DNA of 64,000 nucleotides from Candidatus Endomicrobiellum roisinitermitis (GCA_031287855.1 JAITSL010000033.1:1163-65162); one strand, 5' to 3'; counted from the stretch's first letter, positions 50,988 to 62,016 are shown. The notes: generated by a model from the sequence alone, not told the origin. Numbers and translations are program-made.

Positions 50988-51177
50988 AAAAGCACTTATT
51001 TATAAAAACATGTTTTTAGTTTCAACTGCTTGCGGTGTTATAGGCGTGTATTTACTCTATAAACAATTTAGTGTTTTAGGTTGGACATTTGTTTGTGTTT
51101 GGGCAGTACTTGCTATTTTAGTAAGAGTGTTAATAATATTAGACAAAAAATTCACACAAAAAGAAAGGAGATTTTAA
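50974..51177 (+). CDS. Small hypothetical membrane protein
   Basis: 67 aa with two hydrophobic helices. Overlaps the preceding ORF and abuts ybaB. Confidence 0.4.
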   Translation: MEQNKKALIYKNMFLVSTACGVIGVYLLYKQFSVLGWTFVCVWAVLAILVRVLIILDKKFTQKERRF

Positions 51178-51477
51178 ATGGAATTGTTTAAGATGGCAAA
51201 AGAAGCAATAGCTATGAGAAGTAAATTGAGTGAAATGGACAAAAAGTTAAAGGCAAAAATTATTGAAGTAGAGCATAAAGGTATAAAAATTCAAGTAAAC
51301 GCTAAAAATGAATTTTTAAGCTTAAATATACCTGAGGACTTGCTTGCAGAAAAAAAAGAAAAACTAGAAAAGCACATACTTGCCGCTTTTCAAGAAGCTG
51401 GCAAAAAAGCGCAAACTGTAATGGCTCAAGAAGCTAAAAGTTTAACCGGCGGTTTAAAAATACCTGGTTTAAATTAA
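51178..51477 (+). CDS. ybaB: Nucleoid-associated protein YbaB/EbfC
   Basis: 99 aa of typical YbaB pattern, ending SLTGGLKIPGL. Confidence 0.8.
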   Translation: MELFKMAKEAIAMRSKLSEMDKKLKAKIIEVEHKGIKIQVNAKNEFLSLNIPEDLLAEKKEKLEKHILAAFQEAGKKAQTVMAQEAKSLTGGLKIPGLN

Positions 51478-51675
51478 ATTTTCTTTTGCTTGTAACTGTA
51501 GAAATTGTTTATAACAATAATAAGGATTTAAATTAAAAAAAATCACGATTCCTCTTAACTGGATGATACTTGCCAAGGTGACGGTCTAACCACTCATTTA
51601 TAACATAGTTGGCCAAAGCAATAAGTGCTATAATATCCATTATTTTTTTACTTATTTTTTTGTACAATAGCGAAA

Positions 51676-52728
51676 ATGAAACATAATACAGATTACATAT
51701 TACAAAAGGCTATAAGTTCACATAATTTACATGAAGAGGAAATTCTGTATCTTTTAAAGGCTAAAGATACAAAAAAGCTTACTTCTTTTGCAGATATGGT
51801 AAGAAAGAAATATGTAGGTAATGAAGTACATTTAAGAGCATTAATAGAATTTTCAAATTATTGTAAACAAAACTGTCTTTATTGCGGCCTGCAACGAACC
51901 AATGTGAAATTAGAAAGGTATCGTATAAAAGAACAAGATATAGTTAATTTAGCAAAACAAGCAAAAGATTTCGGATATAAAACTGTGGTTTTACAGTCAG
52001 GTGAAGACGACTACTATAATGTAAACAAAATGACATATATAATATCTGAAATAAAAAAGCTAGATATTGCTATAACTTTAAGCATTGGTGAAAAAACTTT
52101 TGATGAATACAAAGCATACAAAGAAGCAGGCGCTGATAGGTACTTGCTTAGAATAGAAACCACAGACGAAGTTCTTTACAATAAACTTGACCCTGATATG
52201 AGCTTAAAAAATAGAATGATATGCCTTGGAAACATCAAAAAACTTGGGTTTGAAGTAGGGTCTGGAATAATGGTTGGCTTGCCAGGTCAAACATTTGAAA
52301 GTATTGCAAAAGATATTGTGTACTTAAAATCTATACCTGTAGATATGGCAGGAATTGGACCTTTTATTTATAATCCAGATACCTTTTTACAATTTAAAAG
52401 TATACATCAGTACGACAATTTTGATTTGTCTCTTAAAGTTATGGCTATTTTACGATTAATTATGCCAGATATTAATATACCCGCCACAACTGCAATGGAA
52501 ACTTTAAACCATAATGGCAGACTTATAGCTTTGCAAAGTGGAGCTAACGTCGTTATGCCTAACGCTACAGAAGCTATTTACAGAAAAAAATATGAAATAT
52601 ATCCAGGGAAAATTTGTTTAAACGATTCTCCTGGGCACTGTAGAGCTTGTATAGAAAATAAAATTAACTCTATAGGCAGATTTGTTTCTAAAAGTAAAGG
52701 ATTTCATAATCCTTATGTTACAATATAG
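51676..52728 (+). CDS. hydE: [FeFe]-hydrogenase maturase HydE (radical SAM)
   Basis: EFSNYCKQNCLYCGLQRTN radical-SAM cluster motif, VVLQSGED, GADRYLLRIET, GSGIMVGLPGQT and IPATTAM. From memory it is near-collinear with Thermotoga HydE. It lacks the BioB signatures. Confidence 0.75.
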   Translation: MKHNTDYILQKAISSHNLHEEEILYLLKAKDTKKLTSFADMVRKKYVGNEVHLRALIEFSNYCKQNCLYCGLQRTNVKLERYRIKEQDIVNLAKQAKDFGYKTVVLQSGEDDYYNVNKMTYIISEIKKLDIAITLSIGEKTFDEYKAYKEAGADRYLLRIETTDEVLYNKLDPDMSLKNRMICLGNIKKLGFEVGSGIMVGLPGQTFESIAKDIVYLKSIPVDMAGIGPFIYNPDTFLQFKSIHQYDNFDLSLKVMAILRLIMPDINIPATTAMETLNHNGRLIALQSGANVVMPNATEAIYRKKYEIYPGKICLNDSPGHCRACIENKINSIGRFVSKSKGFHNPYVTI

Positions 52729-52735
52729 TTAAATT

Positions 52736-53824
52736 ATGGAAAATTTTGGCATGAAAAAAATTTTGGTTGGTTTAAGTGGAGGTGTTGATTCTGCTATTGC
52801 TGCTTATTTATTAAAAAAACAAGGGTTCCAAGTAGTAGGGGCAATGATGTCTATATGGGATAGTTCTTACCATGCATCTAAAAATAAAAGTATTGACGCT
52901 TGTTTTGGCCCGGAAGACGATGATATTGAATCTGTAAAAAAAATAGCAGAGTTTTTAGAAATACCTTTGCATATCTTAGATTGTAGAGAAGAATATAAAA
53001 AAATCGTTATTGAAAACTTTAAAAACGAATATAAACAAGGACGTACACCAAACCCTTGTGTATTGTGTAATGCTTATATAAAGTTTGGAGTTTTACCAAC
53101 AACAGCAAAAAGGTATAACATCGCTTTTGATAAATTTTCTACAGGTCATTATGCCAATATAAAATTTGATAATTCTACAGGTATGCACCAACTGTGTAAA
53201 GCATTCGATGAAACCAAAGACCAAACATATTTTTTATATAGGCTAAACCAAAAAATCCTATCTGAAGTAATTTTCCCTTTAGGAGAACTAAAAAAAGAAA
53301 GCGTAAGAGCTACTGCAAAAGAAATCGGTCTTCCTGTAGCGCAAAAGCCAGACAGTCAAGATTTTTATTGTGGCGATTATAATGACATTCTACAATTTCC
53401 TGTAAGTTATGGAGATATTGTAGACAAAAATGGAAAAGTTTTAGGTAAACATAACGGTATTTGGAATTACACAATAGGCAAACGTAAAGGCTTGTGCTTA
53501 TCTGGGGGAACAAAAGAACCCCTGTACGTAACAAACATTTTAGCTAAACAAAATGTTGTAGTAGTTGGCGCCAAAGAAGATTTATATTCAAAATCTTTCA
53601 CTGTCACAAAAATTGTTTGGGTATCTATAAGTATACCTACACAACCTGTACAAGCAACCGTAAAAATTAGGCAACAACATAAACCTGCAAAAGCTACTAT
53701 TATTCCTCTTGATACTGCATCTGCCAAAGTTGAATTTGAAGAAGAACAAATGTCTATTACATCCGGGCAAAGTGCAGTGTTTTATAAAAGTGACATAGTG
53801 CTTGGTGGAGGCATAATACAATAA
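52736..53824 (+). CDS. mnmA: tRNA 2-thiouridine(34) synthase MnmA
   Basis: PP-loop GLSGGVDSA, NPCVLCN and DQTYFLY motifs. The start could instead be ATG 52751. Confidence 0.9.
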   Translation: MENFGMKKILVGLSGGVDSAIAAYLLKKQGFQVVGAMMSIWDSSYHASKNKSIDACFGPEDDDIESVKKIAEFLEIPLHILDCREEYKKIVIENFKNEYKQGRTPNPCVLCNAYIKFGVLPTTAKRYNIAFDKFSTGHYANIKFDNSTGMHQLCKAFDETKDQTYFLYRLNQKILSEVIFPLGELKKESVRATAKEIGLPVAQKPDSQDFYCGDYNDILQFPVSYGDIVDKNGKVLGKHNGIWNYTIGKRKGLCLSGGTKEPLYVTNILAKQNVVVVGAKEDLYSKSFTVTKIVWVSISIPTQPVQATVKIRQQHKPAKATIIPLDTASAKVEFEEEQMSITSGQSAVFYKSDIVLGGGIIQ

Positions 53825-53995
53825 TTGTTGTGTTTACCTAGCTTTAATGGCTTTAAAGAAAAACGAGAAATTTACACATAAAACCTGACTTGACCATTTG
53901 AGTGCAGCCGATTAATTAAATATAAAAGTAGTGTAAATAATATATAAATTATCAAACAAAAAAGCTTAACTTGAATTCTAACAACTTTTCCAACT

Positions 53996-55003
53996 TTATC
54001 TTTTATTTAAAAGCATTATAGCTGATATTAAATAAATATCTTCAGCACTAGACCCTCTGCTTAGATCGCTTACAGGAAGTGATAGCCCTTGCAGTATAGG
54101 GCCCAAAGCTTGGAATCCACCCAGTCTTTCTGCAACTTTGTATGATATGTTACCAGCATTTAAGTCTGGAAAAATTAAAATATTGGCATTTCCTGCAACT
54201 AAAGAATTTGGAGCTTTCCTTTTGCCCACATTTGGCACAATAGAAGCATCAAACTGCAATTCCCCATCAACATTTACAGAACTGTCACCTTTAAAATATT
54301 CTTTTGTAAGTTGTGTAGCTTCTATTACTTTTGAAAGCATTTTATTTGTTGCACTACCTTTAGTTGAAAAAGAAAGCATTGCAACGTTTACAGTTTTTTC
54401 TGGAAAAATTTTTTTGTAGTTTTCCACTGCGGCTATTGCTATATTCTGTAAACCTAGCACTTGTGGCTCAGGATTTACAGCACAGTCTGCAAACATTATA
54501 GGCTCTTTTATTATAGGATGGCTTTCAGGAGGAATCATAAGAAAATAAGAGGAAATCATCTTTATACCCTCTTGAGTACCGATAACATAAATAGCCGCCC
54601 TCAAAACATCTGCAGTGTCATAGACAGCGCCACTCACACATGCATCGCAATTACCACTTTTAAGATACATCATAGAAAAATATAAAGGATTTTTTAATAA
54701 TTCTAAAGCATCTTGTTCAGACATCTTTTTTTTCATTCTTGCATTAACAAAAAACTTAACTTTAATATCATCCAATAAAGATCTATCTATAGGAATTATT
54801 TCTATACCAGCTAAATCGATCCCTGCATCTTGGGCCATACTTTTGACTTCTTCTAAATTGTTTGTTGGTAGAACAACAGAAGCTATAGCATCCCTAACAA
54901 GCATGGAAGCTGCCTTTAAAATCCTTATATCAAAACTTTCTGGTAAAATTATTTTACCTCTTATTTTTTTTGCAGTTTCTAAAATTTGTTTTTTAATGTC
55001 CAT
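53996..55003 (-). CDS. pta: Phosphate acetyltransferase (PTA_PTB family, short form)
   Basis: 335 aa with ILPESFDIRILKAA at the N-terminus and LSRGSSAEDI near the C-terminus. Adjacent to an acyl-CoA synthetase gene. Confidence 0.75.
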   Translation of the reverse strand: MDIKKQILETAKKIRGKIILPESFDIRILKAASMLVRDAIASVVLPTNNLEEVKSMAQDAGIDLAGIEIIPIDRSLLDDIKVKFFVNARMKKKMSEQDALELLKNPLYFSMMYLKSGNCDACVSGAVYDTADVLRAAIYVIGTQEGIKMISSYFLMIPPESHPIIKEPIMFADCAVNPEPQVLGLQNIAIAAVENYKKIFPEKTVNVAMLSFSTKGSATNKMLSKVIEATQLTKEYFKGDSSVNVDGELQFDASIVPNVGKRKAPNSLVAGNANILIFPDLNAGNISYKVAERLGGFQALGPILQGLSLPVSDLSRGSSAEDIYLISAIMLLNKR

Positions 55004-55033
55004 CTTTCAGGTCTCCTTAATAACCCACTGCCC

Positions 55034-56692
55034 TTACTTAACTGCATCAGCTTCTCTTATTTCTTTACGTTTTATTTTACCACTTATTGTTTTTGGAAGT
55101 TCTGTTACAAACTCTATAATTCTCGGATATTTATAGGGAGCTGTAATTTTTTTTACATGATTTTGAAGTTCTAAAACCAGTTCTGGACTTGGGCTATACT
55201 CTTTAGTAAGCACAACAGTAGCCTTAACAACTGCGCCTCTAATATCGTCAGGAACACCAGTAATTGCACATTCTAATACACTTGGATGCTCTAACAATGC
55301 GCTTTCGACTTCAAATGGCCCAATTCTATATCCAGAACTTTTTATAACATCATCCGAACGCCCTACAAACCAAATATATCCATCTTCATCTTTATAAGCC
55401 ACATCTCCAGTATCATATATCCCATCTTTCCAAATTTTTTCTGTCATACTATCATCTTTATAATAACCACAAAACAAACCTACAGGTCTAGACTCTTTTG
55501 TTCTTACAACAAGACGACCTTCTTGACCTGCCTGGCAAGAATTATTTTCAGAATCTATAATATCTATATCCCAGCCCGGAGAAGGTTTCCCAAGAGAACC
55601 GGGTTTTACTTTCATCCAAGGGAAAGTTGCAATCAAAGCAACACTTTCTGTTTGACCAAAACCTTCTTTTATCTCTAAGCCTGTCATTTGTTTAAATTTT
55701 ACAAACACTTCCGGATTTAAAGGTTCACCTGCAGTTTCAGCATACTTTAAATTAGAAAAATCGTACTTAGAGAAATCCTCTTTTATCATATATCTATACA
55801 CTGTAGGAGGAGCGCAAAAAGAGCTCACCTTGTAATGTGCAATTTTTGATAATAAATCCTGATAATCAAACCTTTCATAATCATAAACAAAAATACATGC
55901 ACCACATAGCCATTGTCCATAAATTTTGCCCCAAGAAGCTTTACCCCACCCAGTGTCTGCAACTGTAAGATGTAAAGAACTTTCATCTAAATTTTGCCAA
56001 AATCGTGCAGTAATAATATGCCCTAAAGGATAAGAAAAATCATGACAAACCATTTTAGGCATCCCTGTAGTTCCAGACGTAAAATACAGTACAAATTTAT
56101 CTTTGGAACTTGTAGCTTCAGCATCAGTAGGCCTGCAAAACACATCTGAACATTTTTCAACCTCTTTTGAGTACTCAATCCAACCATCAACTTTCCCTCT
56201 GACTAACACCACTTGCTCTAGTTCTGGCAAATCTTTTTGTGCTTCACTTACTATATCTATAATTCTACTATCTGAAGCTGCTACAATAATTTTCACACCT
56301 GCAGCTTTTACTCTATATTTTATATCTTTTGCTGTCAGCAAATGTGTAACCGGAATTAGCAAAGCGCCTATCTTATGTAAAGCAACTACACAATGCCAAT
56401 ACTCATAATGCCTTTTAAGCATAAGTATAACTGCATCACCTTTACTTATCCCTAAAGACTTAAAAAAATTTGCCACTTTATTGCTTTCTTTTTTTATGTC
56501 TTCAAAAGTAAAAGTCTTTTCCTCCCCCTCAGGATTACACCAAATCATAGCTTTTTTATCAGGCTCAGAGTTTGCTATTTCGTCAACAACATCAAATCCA
56601 AAATTAAAATTATCCGGGACAGAGATTTTACAGTTTTGCATAAAGTCTTCATAAGACTTATAATTAGTTTTCACAAACTTTTCAGCTATCAT
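55034..56692 (-). CDS. AMP-forming acyl-CoA synthetase (acetate/medium-chain type)
   Basis: AMP-binding motifs [18 protein letters not shown]-like [14 protein letters not shown] and [10 protein letters not shown]. Confidence 0.85.
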   Translation of the reverse strand: MIAEKFVKTNYKSYEDFMQNCKISVPDNFNFGFDVVDEIANSEPDKKAMIWCNPEGEEKTFTFEDIKKESNKVANFFKSLGISKGDAVILMLKRHYEYWHCVVALHKIGALLIPVTHLLTAKDIKYRVKAAGVKIIVAASDSRIIDIVSEAQKDLPELEQVVLVRGKVDGWIEYSKEVEKCSDVFCRPTDAEATSSKDKFVLYFTSGTTGMPKMVCHDFSYPLGHIITARFWQNLDESSLHLTVADTGWGKASWGKIYGQWLCGACIFVYDYERFDYQDLLSKIAHYKVSSFCAPPTVYRYMIKEDFSKYDFSNLKYAETAGEPLNPEVFVKFKQMTGLEIKEGFGQTESVALIATFPWMKVKPGSLGKPSPGWDIDIIDSENNSCQAGQEGRLVVRTKESRPVGLFCGYYKDDSMTEKIWKDGIYDTGDVAYKDEDGYIWFVGRSDDVIKSSGYRIGPFEVESALLEHPSVLECAITGVPDDIRGAVVKATVVLTKEYSPSPELVLELQNHVKKITAPYKYPRIIEFVTELPKTISGKIKRKEIREADAVK

Positions 56693-56723
56693 TATTTTTC
56701 TCTTTTTTAGAAATATTATTAAC

Positions 56724-57290
56724 TTATTTTAACTCGAGTATTACCGCTAACAGTTTCGAATAAGCACCTCCTGCAGCAAACACAGCATGATTATAACCAG
56801 AATCAAAATACACGCAATCTCCTGCTTCCAACATATATTCTTTGCCATCAAAAACAAATTTTACAGTTCCTTCTAAAATATAATTAAACTCCTGCCCTTG
56901 ATGAAAACAAGAATGTGTTTCTTGCTTATTTGATGTTTCAATTTTAACTAAAAAAACTTCAGCTTTCTTTTTAGCAAACTCATAAGCTAAATCTTGATAT
57001 TTATACTCTTTCCTTCTAGTTACAGTTATACCTTCACCTTTTTTAACAATAGACAATGCATTTAAATGAGGGTCTTGCCCTGTTAAAAGAGCAGTTAACT
57101 CTATATTATATTTGTTTGCAATTGCAGAAAGTACAGTTATAGGGATATCTAAAGCCCCCTCTTCATATTTCATAAAAGTTTCAATATCTAAGTTAACACT
57201 TTTTGAAAACGCTTCTGCAGATAAACCTGCGATTTCTCTAACAGCTTTAATACGCATCCCTATTTGCTTTAGAATATCATTACAAGACAT
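56724..57290 (-). CDS. XRE-family HTH regulator with C-terminal cupin domain
   Basis: N-terminal HTH ([32 protein letters not shown]) and a C-terminal cupin region ([12 protein letters not shown]...[12 protein letters not shown]). Confidence 0.75.
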   Translation of the reverse strand: MSCNDILKQIGMRIKAVREIAGLSAEAFSKSVNLDIETFMKYEEGALDIPITVLSAIANKYNIELTALLTGQDPHLNALSIVKKGEGITVTRRKEYKYQDLAYEFAKKKAEVFLVKIETSNKQETHSCFHQGQEFNYILEGTVKFVFDGKEYMLEAGDCVYFDSGYNHAVFAAGGAYSKLLAVILELK

Positions 57291-57310
57291 CTTCCCTCCA
57301 ACAATAAAGC

Positions 57311-58093
57311 CTAGTTTTTAGAATTTGATATACTTGCACTAAATACAACTTTACCATTATGGTTTATAGCTTTTATGGTGTCAAAAGAAACTTTATATTT
57401 ACTCACGTAATCTTTGAGGTCTTTTTGTAAAGCGTCTTGAATTATAGGTTTCACTATAGAATCTACTATCCCTAAAACTAACAAATAAAGTTCATTGTCT
57501 CTTATTCCTATGTAGTGCATTTGCATTGCAGCTATTAAAGCACCATAAAAGGGGTTTGTTCTAGCCATCATATTAATTTGAGACGCTATAAGCCTTCCAA
57601 CAAACTCATCTTTTGTTATATCATGTTTATCATTTATCATTATTGGAGCTAAAGAACTTCCCACAAGCTCTATAAGGCTTCTTGATTCATAATCTGAACG
57701 AGATATACGCATATAAAAATAACTTTTTATATCCTCAATGCTGTGAACAACTCTAAAAGCCAAAATTTTATTTTTATCAAAAGCTGTTGCAACCATATAC
57801 TGTATATTAGAATCACTACTTAACACAACTCTAACAACAGCAAGATTTACAGTTTGTATTGTGCGCATTGTTTGTGCAAAAACTTTACTGTCATTAGAAA
57901 CAAGAGTATCTATAATTATATCCAAATACAGAGTTTTACCGACAACAAAAGCTTTTGAATTCAAACCACACTCTTTTTTTATAAGCGTTTGCAAATCTTG
58001 TGATATTTCTCCCTTCTTATAAGTAACCCCACAAGAAGCAAACAAAAAAACTATCATTACTAGAACCAATGGAATTTTAAAGTTTTTCACCAT
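57311..58093 (-). CDS. Hypothetical lipoprotein
   Basis: Signal peptide with lipobox FLFASC. No recognised domain. Confidence 0.5.
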   Translation of the reverse strand: MVKNFKIPLVLVMIVFLFASCGVTYKKGEISQDLQTLIKKECGLNSKAFVVGKTLYLDIIIDTLVSNDSKVFAQTMRTIQTVNLAVVRVVLSSDSNIQYMVATAFDKNKILAFRVVHSIEDIKSYFYMRISRSDYESRSLIELVGSSLAPIMINDKHDITKDEFVGRLIASQINMMARTNPFYGALIAAMQMHYIGIRDNELYLLVLGIVDSIVKPIIQDALQKDLKDYVSKYKVSFDTIKAINHNGKVVFSASISNSKN

Positions 58094-58129
58094 TACAATT
58101 TTTCCCTTTTATATTTAGTTTAACAAGTT

Positions 58130-59782
58130 TTACTCTTTACTGGAAAAATCTGAAATTATAGAGTTTTCAGTTTTAGGCTTTTTTTTGCCTACAGCTTCCA
58201 TAACTTCTTCTAGTTCATCAAAATCAAGTTCTTTGTCTTTAACAAGTCTCTTTGCGAGCGCATCTACAGCATCCCAATTTGATTTTAAAAAGTCTTCTAC
58301 TTTAGAATAACAAGAATTTATTATAGATATTGTCTCATTATTTAATTTTTCTTTTAAACTTTGAGACATTTCTTCCTTAGGTATAACAGAAAAATTCCCA
58401 ACCATACCATTGTTTCCCATGCCAACTTTCCAGACCATTGCATTTGCTGTTGCCATAGCCATAGAAAAGTCTGCAGAAACGCCTGTAGTCGTGTTATTGT
58501 ATTTAATTTTTTCTGCAACATATCCTGCAAGAGACACCATAATATCTGCAAGTAACTCATCTTTGTTTTCACTATGCAGTTCCTCTTTAGGCAAAGGAGC
58601 AACAAGCCCCAACGAACCCTGATGTGACCTTACAGTAACTTTAAACACATCGTCAGTTGGATGCATTAAATATATGGCTACAGCGTGTCCTGCCTCATGA
58701 TAAGACGTCATTTCAAGTTCCTTTGGCGTCATATCCAGGTGTGTTTCCATACCTAGATCTATCCTATCCATAGCTTCTGATATATCTTTCATATCTATTT
58801 CTTCTTTATTTTTTCTTGTAGCAATTAGAGCTGCTTCTTTAACAATATTTTCAATATCAGCTGGTGACTTATAAACAGACTTTCGCGCAAGTCTACCAAT
58901 TTTTACCTCAGAAGATATTTTTACTTTTTTTAAATAATACGCGAACAGTTCTTCTCTTTCTTTTAAGTTTGGAAGAGTAATAGAAATTTTTCTATCAAAT
59001 CTACCAGGTCTAAGCAAAGCTCTATCTAAAACAGTTTCGTCAGCATTTGTTGCAGCTACAACAATAACATTAACATTACTTTTTTCGTTATTTAAACCAT
59101 CCATTTCCACAAGCAGCTGATTTTGAGTACTGTTTGTCTCTTCCCCACCGCCCATATAAGAAAAAGTCCTACCTCTACCTATCACTTCAATTTCGTCTAT
59201 AAAAACTATACAAGCTCCATCAGTATATGCATATTCTCTAGCTTTTTTAAAAAGATTTCTCACTCTGCTTGCACCAACTCCAACAAACATTTCAACAAAC
59301 TCACTACCAGCCATAGAAATAAATGGTATTTTAGATTCTGTAGCTATAGCTTTTGCAAGTAAAGTTTTACCACAACCAGGAGGTCCCATTAAAAGAATAC
59401 CTTTAATTATTTTACCACCAATTTTTTGAAGTTGTTTTCTATCTTTAATAAGTTTTACAACTTCTAAAGCTTCTTTTTTTGCTGCCTCAAGACCTATAAC
59501 ATCTTTAAAAGACACTTTAATATCTCTAGATTGAATTCTCTTCTTTCTTAAATTACTAAAACCGCCTCTTGTAAATACAGTCATGTACATAAACACAAAA
59601 GCAGCTGCACTTGCAAATGCTAACAAAAGCTGTATTGGCATAGTTGCAAGAGTCATCACTCTATAAAAAGACTCTAATTTAGTTAATCCATATACAGATA
59701 ACCCTATAAGGCTAGTAACAATAGTACCAACAATAAACCATATTTTGTTGTTTATAAAATATAATTTAAACTTTCGTAGCAT
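58130..59782 (-). CDS. ftsH: FtsH-like AAA+ zinc metalloprotease (short form, minimal loop between the two TM helices)
   Basis: Walker A GPPGCGKTL, Walker B IVFIDEID-like IVFIDEIE, SRH region, and the zinc motif HEAGHA. Confidence 0.8.
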   Translation of the reverse strand: MLRKFKLYFINNKIWFIVGTIVTSLIGLSVYGLTKLESFYRVMTLATMPIQLLLAFASAAAFVFMYMTVFTRGGFSNLRKKRIQSRDIKVSFKDVIGLEAAKKEALEVVKLIKDRKQLQKIGGKIIKGILLMGPPGCGKTLLAKAIATESKIPFISMAGSEFVEMFVGVGASRVRNLFKKAREYAYTDGACIVFIDEIEVIGRGRTFSYMGGGEETNSTQNQLLVEMDGLNNEKSNVNVIVVAATNADETVLDRALLRPGRFDRKISITLPNLKEREELFAYYLKKVKISSEVKIGRLARKSVYKSPADIENIVKEAALIATRKNKEEIDMKDISEAMDRIDLGMETHLDMTPKELEMTSYHEAGHAVAIYLMHPTDDVFKVTVRSHQGSLGLVAPLPKEELHSENKDELLADIMVSLAGYVAEKIKYNNTTTGVSADFSMAMATANAMVWKVGMGNNGMVGNFSVIPKEEMSQSLKEKLNNETISIINSCYSKVEDFLKSNWDAVDALAKRLVKDKELDFDELEEVMEAVGKKKPKTENSIISDFSSKE

Positions 59783-59803
59783 TGCAAAACCCCTTATCTC
59801 TAT

Positions 59804-60550
59804 TTATTTTGCTTTTCCTTGATTTGCAACAACTTCCATAGCTTTTTTGACAGCTTCCTGGTCACCTAAGTAATAATTTTTTATAGGTTTTAAATTTTCG
59901 TCAAGTTCATAAACTAAAGGTATAGCTGTAGGTATATTTAAATTTACAATATCATTATCATTTATATTATCTAAATATTTAACTAAAGCTCTTAAACTAT
60001 TCCCATGCGCTGCAATTATAATCTTTTTATCTAATTTTATTTGAGGAACAATTTCTTTTTCCCAATAAGGGACAACTCTTGCTACTGTATCTTTTAAGCA
60101 TTCTGTAAGAGGAAGCTCTTCTTTAGAAAGTCCAGCATATCTTTTATCTTTTCCTGGGTATCTTTCATCAGTTTCTTCTAAAGGCATTGGAGCTACATCA
60201 TAACTTCTTCTCCATATTTTTACTTGATCCTGCCCATACTTTGCTGCAACTTCAGCTTTATTTAAACCTTGTAACGCACCATAATGTCTTTCGTTTAATC
60301 TCCAATTTTTTATAACAGGTATCCAAACCAAATCCATTATATTTAAAACGTTCCATAAAGTTTTTATTGCTCTTGAAAGCACAGATGTATAAGCTAAATC
60401 AAAAGTAAAACCATCTTTTTTTAGCTGCCTACCAGCATCTAATGCTTCTTGGTAGCCTTTTTCAGACAAATCTATATCTGTCCAACCAGTAAATTTATTT
60501 TCTTTATTCCAAACACTTTCTCCATGCCTAATTAAAACAATTCTATACAT
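59804..60550 (-). CDS. gpmA: 2,3-bisphosphoglycerate-dependent phosphoglycerate mutase
   Basis: [15 protein letters not shown] start at ATG 60550 with GAGGG 6 nt upstream. The listed ORF start at 60628 is an upstream extension. Confidence 0.9.
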   Translation of the reverse strand: MYRIVLIRHGESVWNKENKFTGWTDIDLSEKGYQEALDAGRQLKKDGFTFDLAYTSVLSRAIKTLWNVLNIMDLVWIPVIKNWRLNERHYGALQGLNKAEVAAKYGQDQVKIWRRSYDVAPMPLEETDERYPGKDKRYAGLSKEELPLTECLKDTVARVVPYWEKEIVPQIKLDKKIIIAAHGNSLRALVKYLDNINDNDIVNLNIPTAIPLVYELDENLKPIKNYYLGDQEAVKKAMEVVANQGKAK

Positions 60551-60721
60551 TGAATCCCTCACCAATTTTAGGACAATTATATTACATTTAAATCGAACAC
60601 TCAAATCCTTATATAATCTTGCAGCCATTAAAATTTTTTAACATGTACGTTAAAATTACAATACATATGAGGTACATTAAACTTTATAAAGCTGACTTAA
60701 GTTTAGTATTAGTAATGTTAT

Positions 60722-60960
60722 ATTAAAGAGCGTTCTATGAGCAATAAACATTTAATATTTCAAAAGGAGTCTGAAGCAAAATTTATTTATGTCTTTCTTG
60801 CCTTTTCATTTTGCAAGTTTGTTAATTTGTTTAAATGTTTGTTGCGATTGCTCTGTGAGTGAGACACTCTAGTAACGTAGAGTAAGAATCTCAACTACAC
60901 CAAACTAACTATTTTGCAGATATTGATCTAGTTTAGTATCTTATCGGAGTTACCTCTCTA
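60722..60960 (+). repeat. Dispersed intergenic repeat, copy B (core followed by an imperfect hairpin of the 23-nt module)
   Basis: See copy A. A 16-nt insertion (gtgagtgagacactct, flanked by ctct) is specific to B. Diverged module at 60881-60903 and a perfect inverted module at 60923-60945. Confidence 0.8.
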
Positions 60961-61051
60961 ACACCAATCTCAAGGAAACTTAAATCCGCTGCAAATCTAG
61001 TTGATTATTTTATCTGCACTCATATCGCCTCTCAAATTCTTTTAACAAAAA

Positions 61052-62005
61052 TTATCTTTTAATGTTCTCTAATTTACACGCTTTTATTAAACATCCTTCT
61101 TGACACTTTAGAGTACATGTATTATCACAAGGTTCCACGTGAATTGTAACAGTAATATTTTCAAGTTGCTTAGAAATTTGATATTCCATTTGCCTTGTTA
61201 TATCGTGAGCTTGCAAAACGCTCATTTTATGTCTAACAAGTATGTGAAACTCAACAAATCTTTTATTGCCTGACTTACGAGTTTTTAAATCATGATAACC
61301 ACAAATGTCCGTACTTGTCCTTACTGTTTTTTCAATAAGCTTAACTTCAGTATCAGGAAGACTTATATCAAACAAGTCTTTAGAAGATTTAATGACAAGT
61401 TTATAAGCGGTTTTAATAATAGCTATAGCAATAACAATAGCAACGATTGGATCTAACCAATAAATATTTATTTTTGGATAAAAAAGTTCAAATAGAGTAA
61501 TTATAAACAATACAGACATAACACATAAAGAAGTATAGACATCGGTTCTTAAATGCCAAGCGTCTGCTTCTATAGCAACAGAGTCTGCTTCTTTTGCTAC
61601 AACAAAAAGCTTTTTTGAAACAAAAAAATTGAGGACTGCAGAAAAACACATAATTAAAACGCCTATTATAGGCATTTGTATTTTTAAAGGATGTAAAAGT
61701 TTATCTACAGCTTCATAAATAATATAAATAGCAGCTATAAAAATAAGAATAGCTTCTATTGTGCCTGAGACATTTTCAAACTTTCCATAACCGTAAGGAT
61801 GTTGTTTATCTTCAGGTTTTGAAGATTCTTTTACAGCAAAATATGCTATTAGCGAGGCAACCAAATCTACCAATGAATGCGTAGCCTCAGAAATAATTGA
61901 TATCGAGCCCACGTATACACCAGCAAATAGTTTCCCCATTGTTAATGAAATATTAGAAAATACAGAAAGCCTTGCTGTATTTATTGATTTTTTTAAAACA
62001 ATCAT
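61052..62005 (-). CDS. Cation diffusion facilitator family transporter
   Basis: Six TM helices with HSLVDLVAS and HLRTDVYTS motifs, a cytoplasmic C-terminal domain and a Cys-rich tail (CDNTCTLKCQEGCLIKAC). Confidence 0.8.
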   Translation of the reverse strand: MIVLKKSINTARLSVFSNISLTMGKLFAGVYVGSISIISEATHSLVDLVASLIAYFAVKESSKPEDKQHPYGYGKFENVSGTIEAILIFIAAIYIIYEAVDKLLHPLKIQMPIIGVLIMCFSAVLNFFVSKKLFVVAKEADSVAIEADAWHLRTDVYTSLCVMSVLFIITLFELFYPKINIYWLDPIVAIVIAIAIIKTAYKLVIKSSKDLFDISLPDTEVKLIEKTVRTSTDICGYHDLKTRKSGNKRFVEFHILVRHKMSVLQAHDITRQMEYQISKQLENITVTIHVEPCDNTCTLKCQEGCLIKACKLENIKR

Positions 62006-62016
62006 TTAAAAAATCC

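Noticed and set aside
51533-51640. 35-codon minus-strand ORF (MDIIALIALANYVINEWLDRHLGKYHPVKRNRDFF) in the ybaB-hydE spacer, considered as a small toxin or membrane peptide
   Set aside because: No Shine-Dalgarno sequence upstream, no recognisable family, and a length within chance expectation. Kept only as a note.
51676-52728. Calling this radical-SAM gene bioB because of the surrounding biotin genes
   Set aside because: The motifs match HydE (EFSNYC..NCLYCGL, LQSGED, LLRxET, MVGLPGQT, IPATTAM) and not BioB.
60551-60628. N-terminal extensions in the track for gpmA (start 60628), and likewise pckG (19182) and nadC (47649)
   Set aside because: Internal ATGs coincide with the conserved family N-termini. 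For gpmA and pckG they are also preceded by better RBS-like sequences; the nadC ATG 47685 has no obvious SD. The extensions use alternative start codons and add non-conserved residues.
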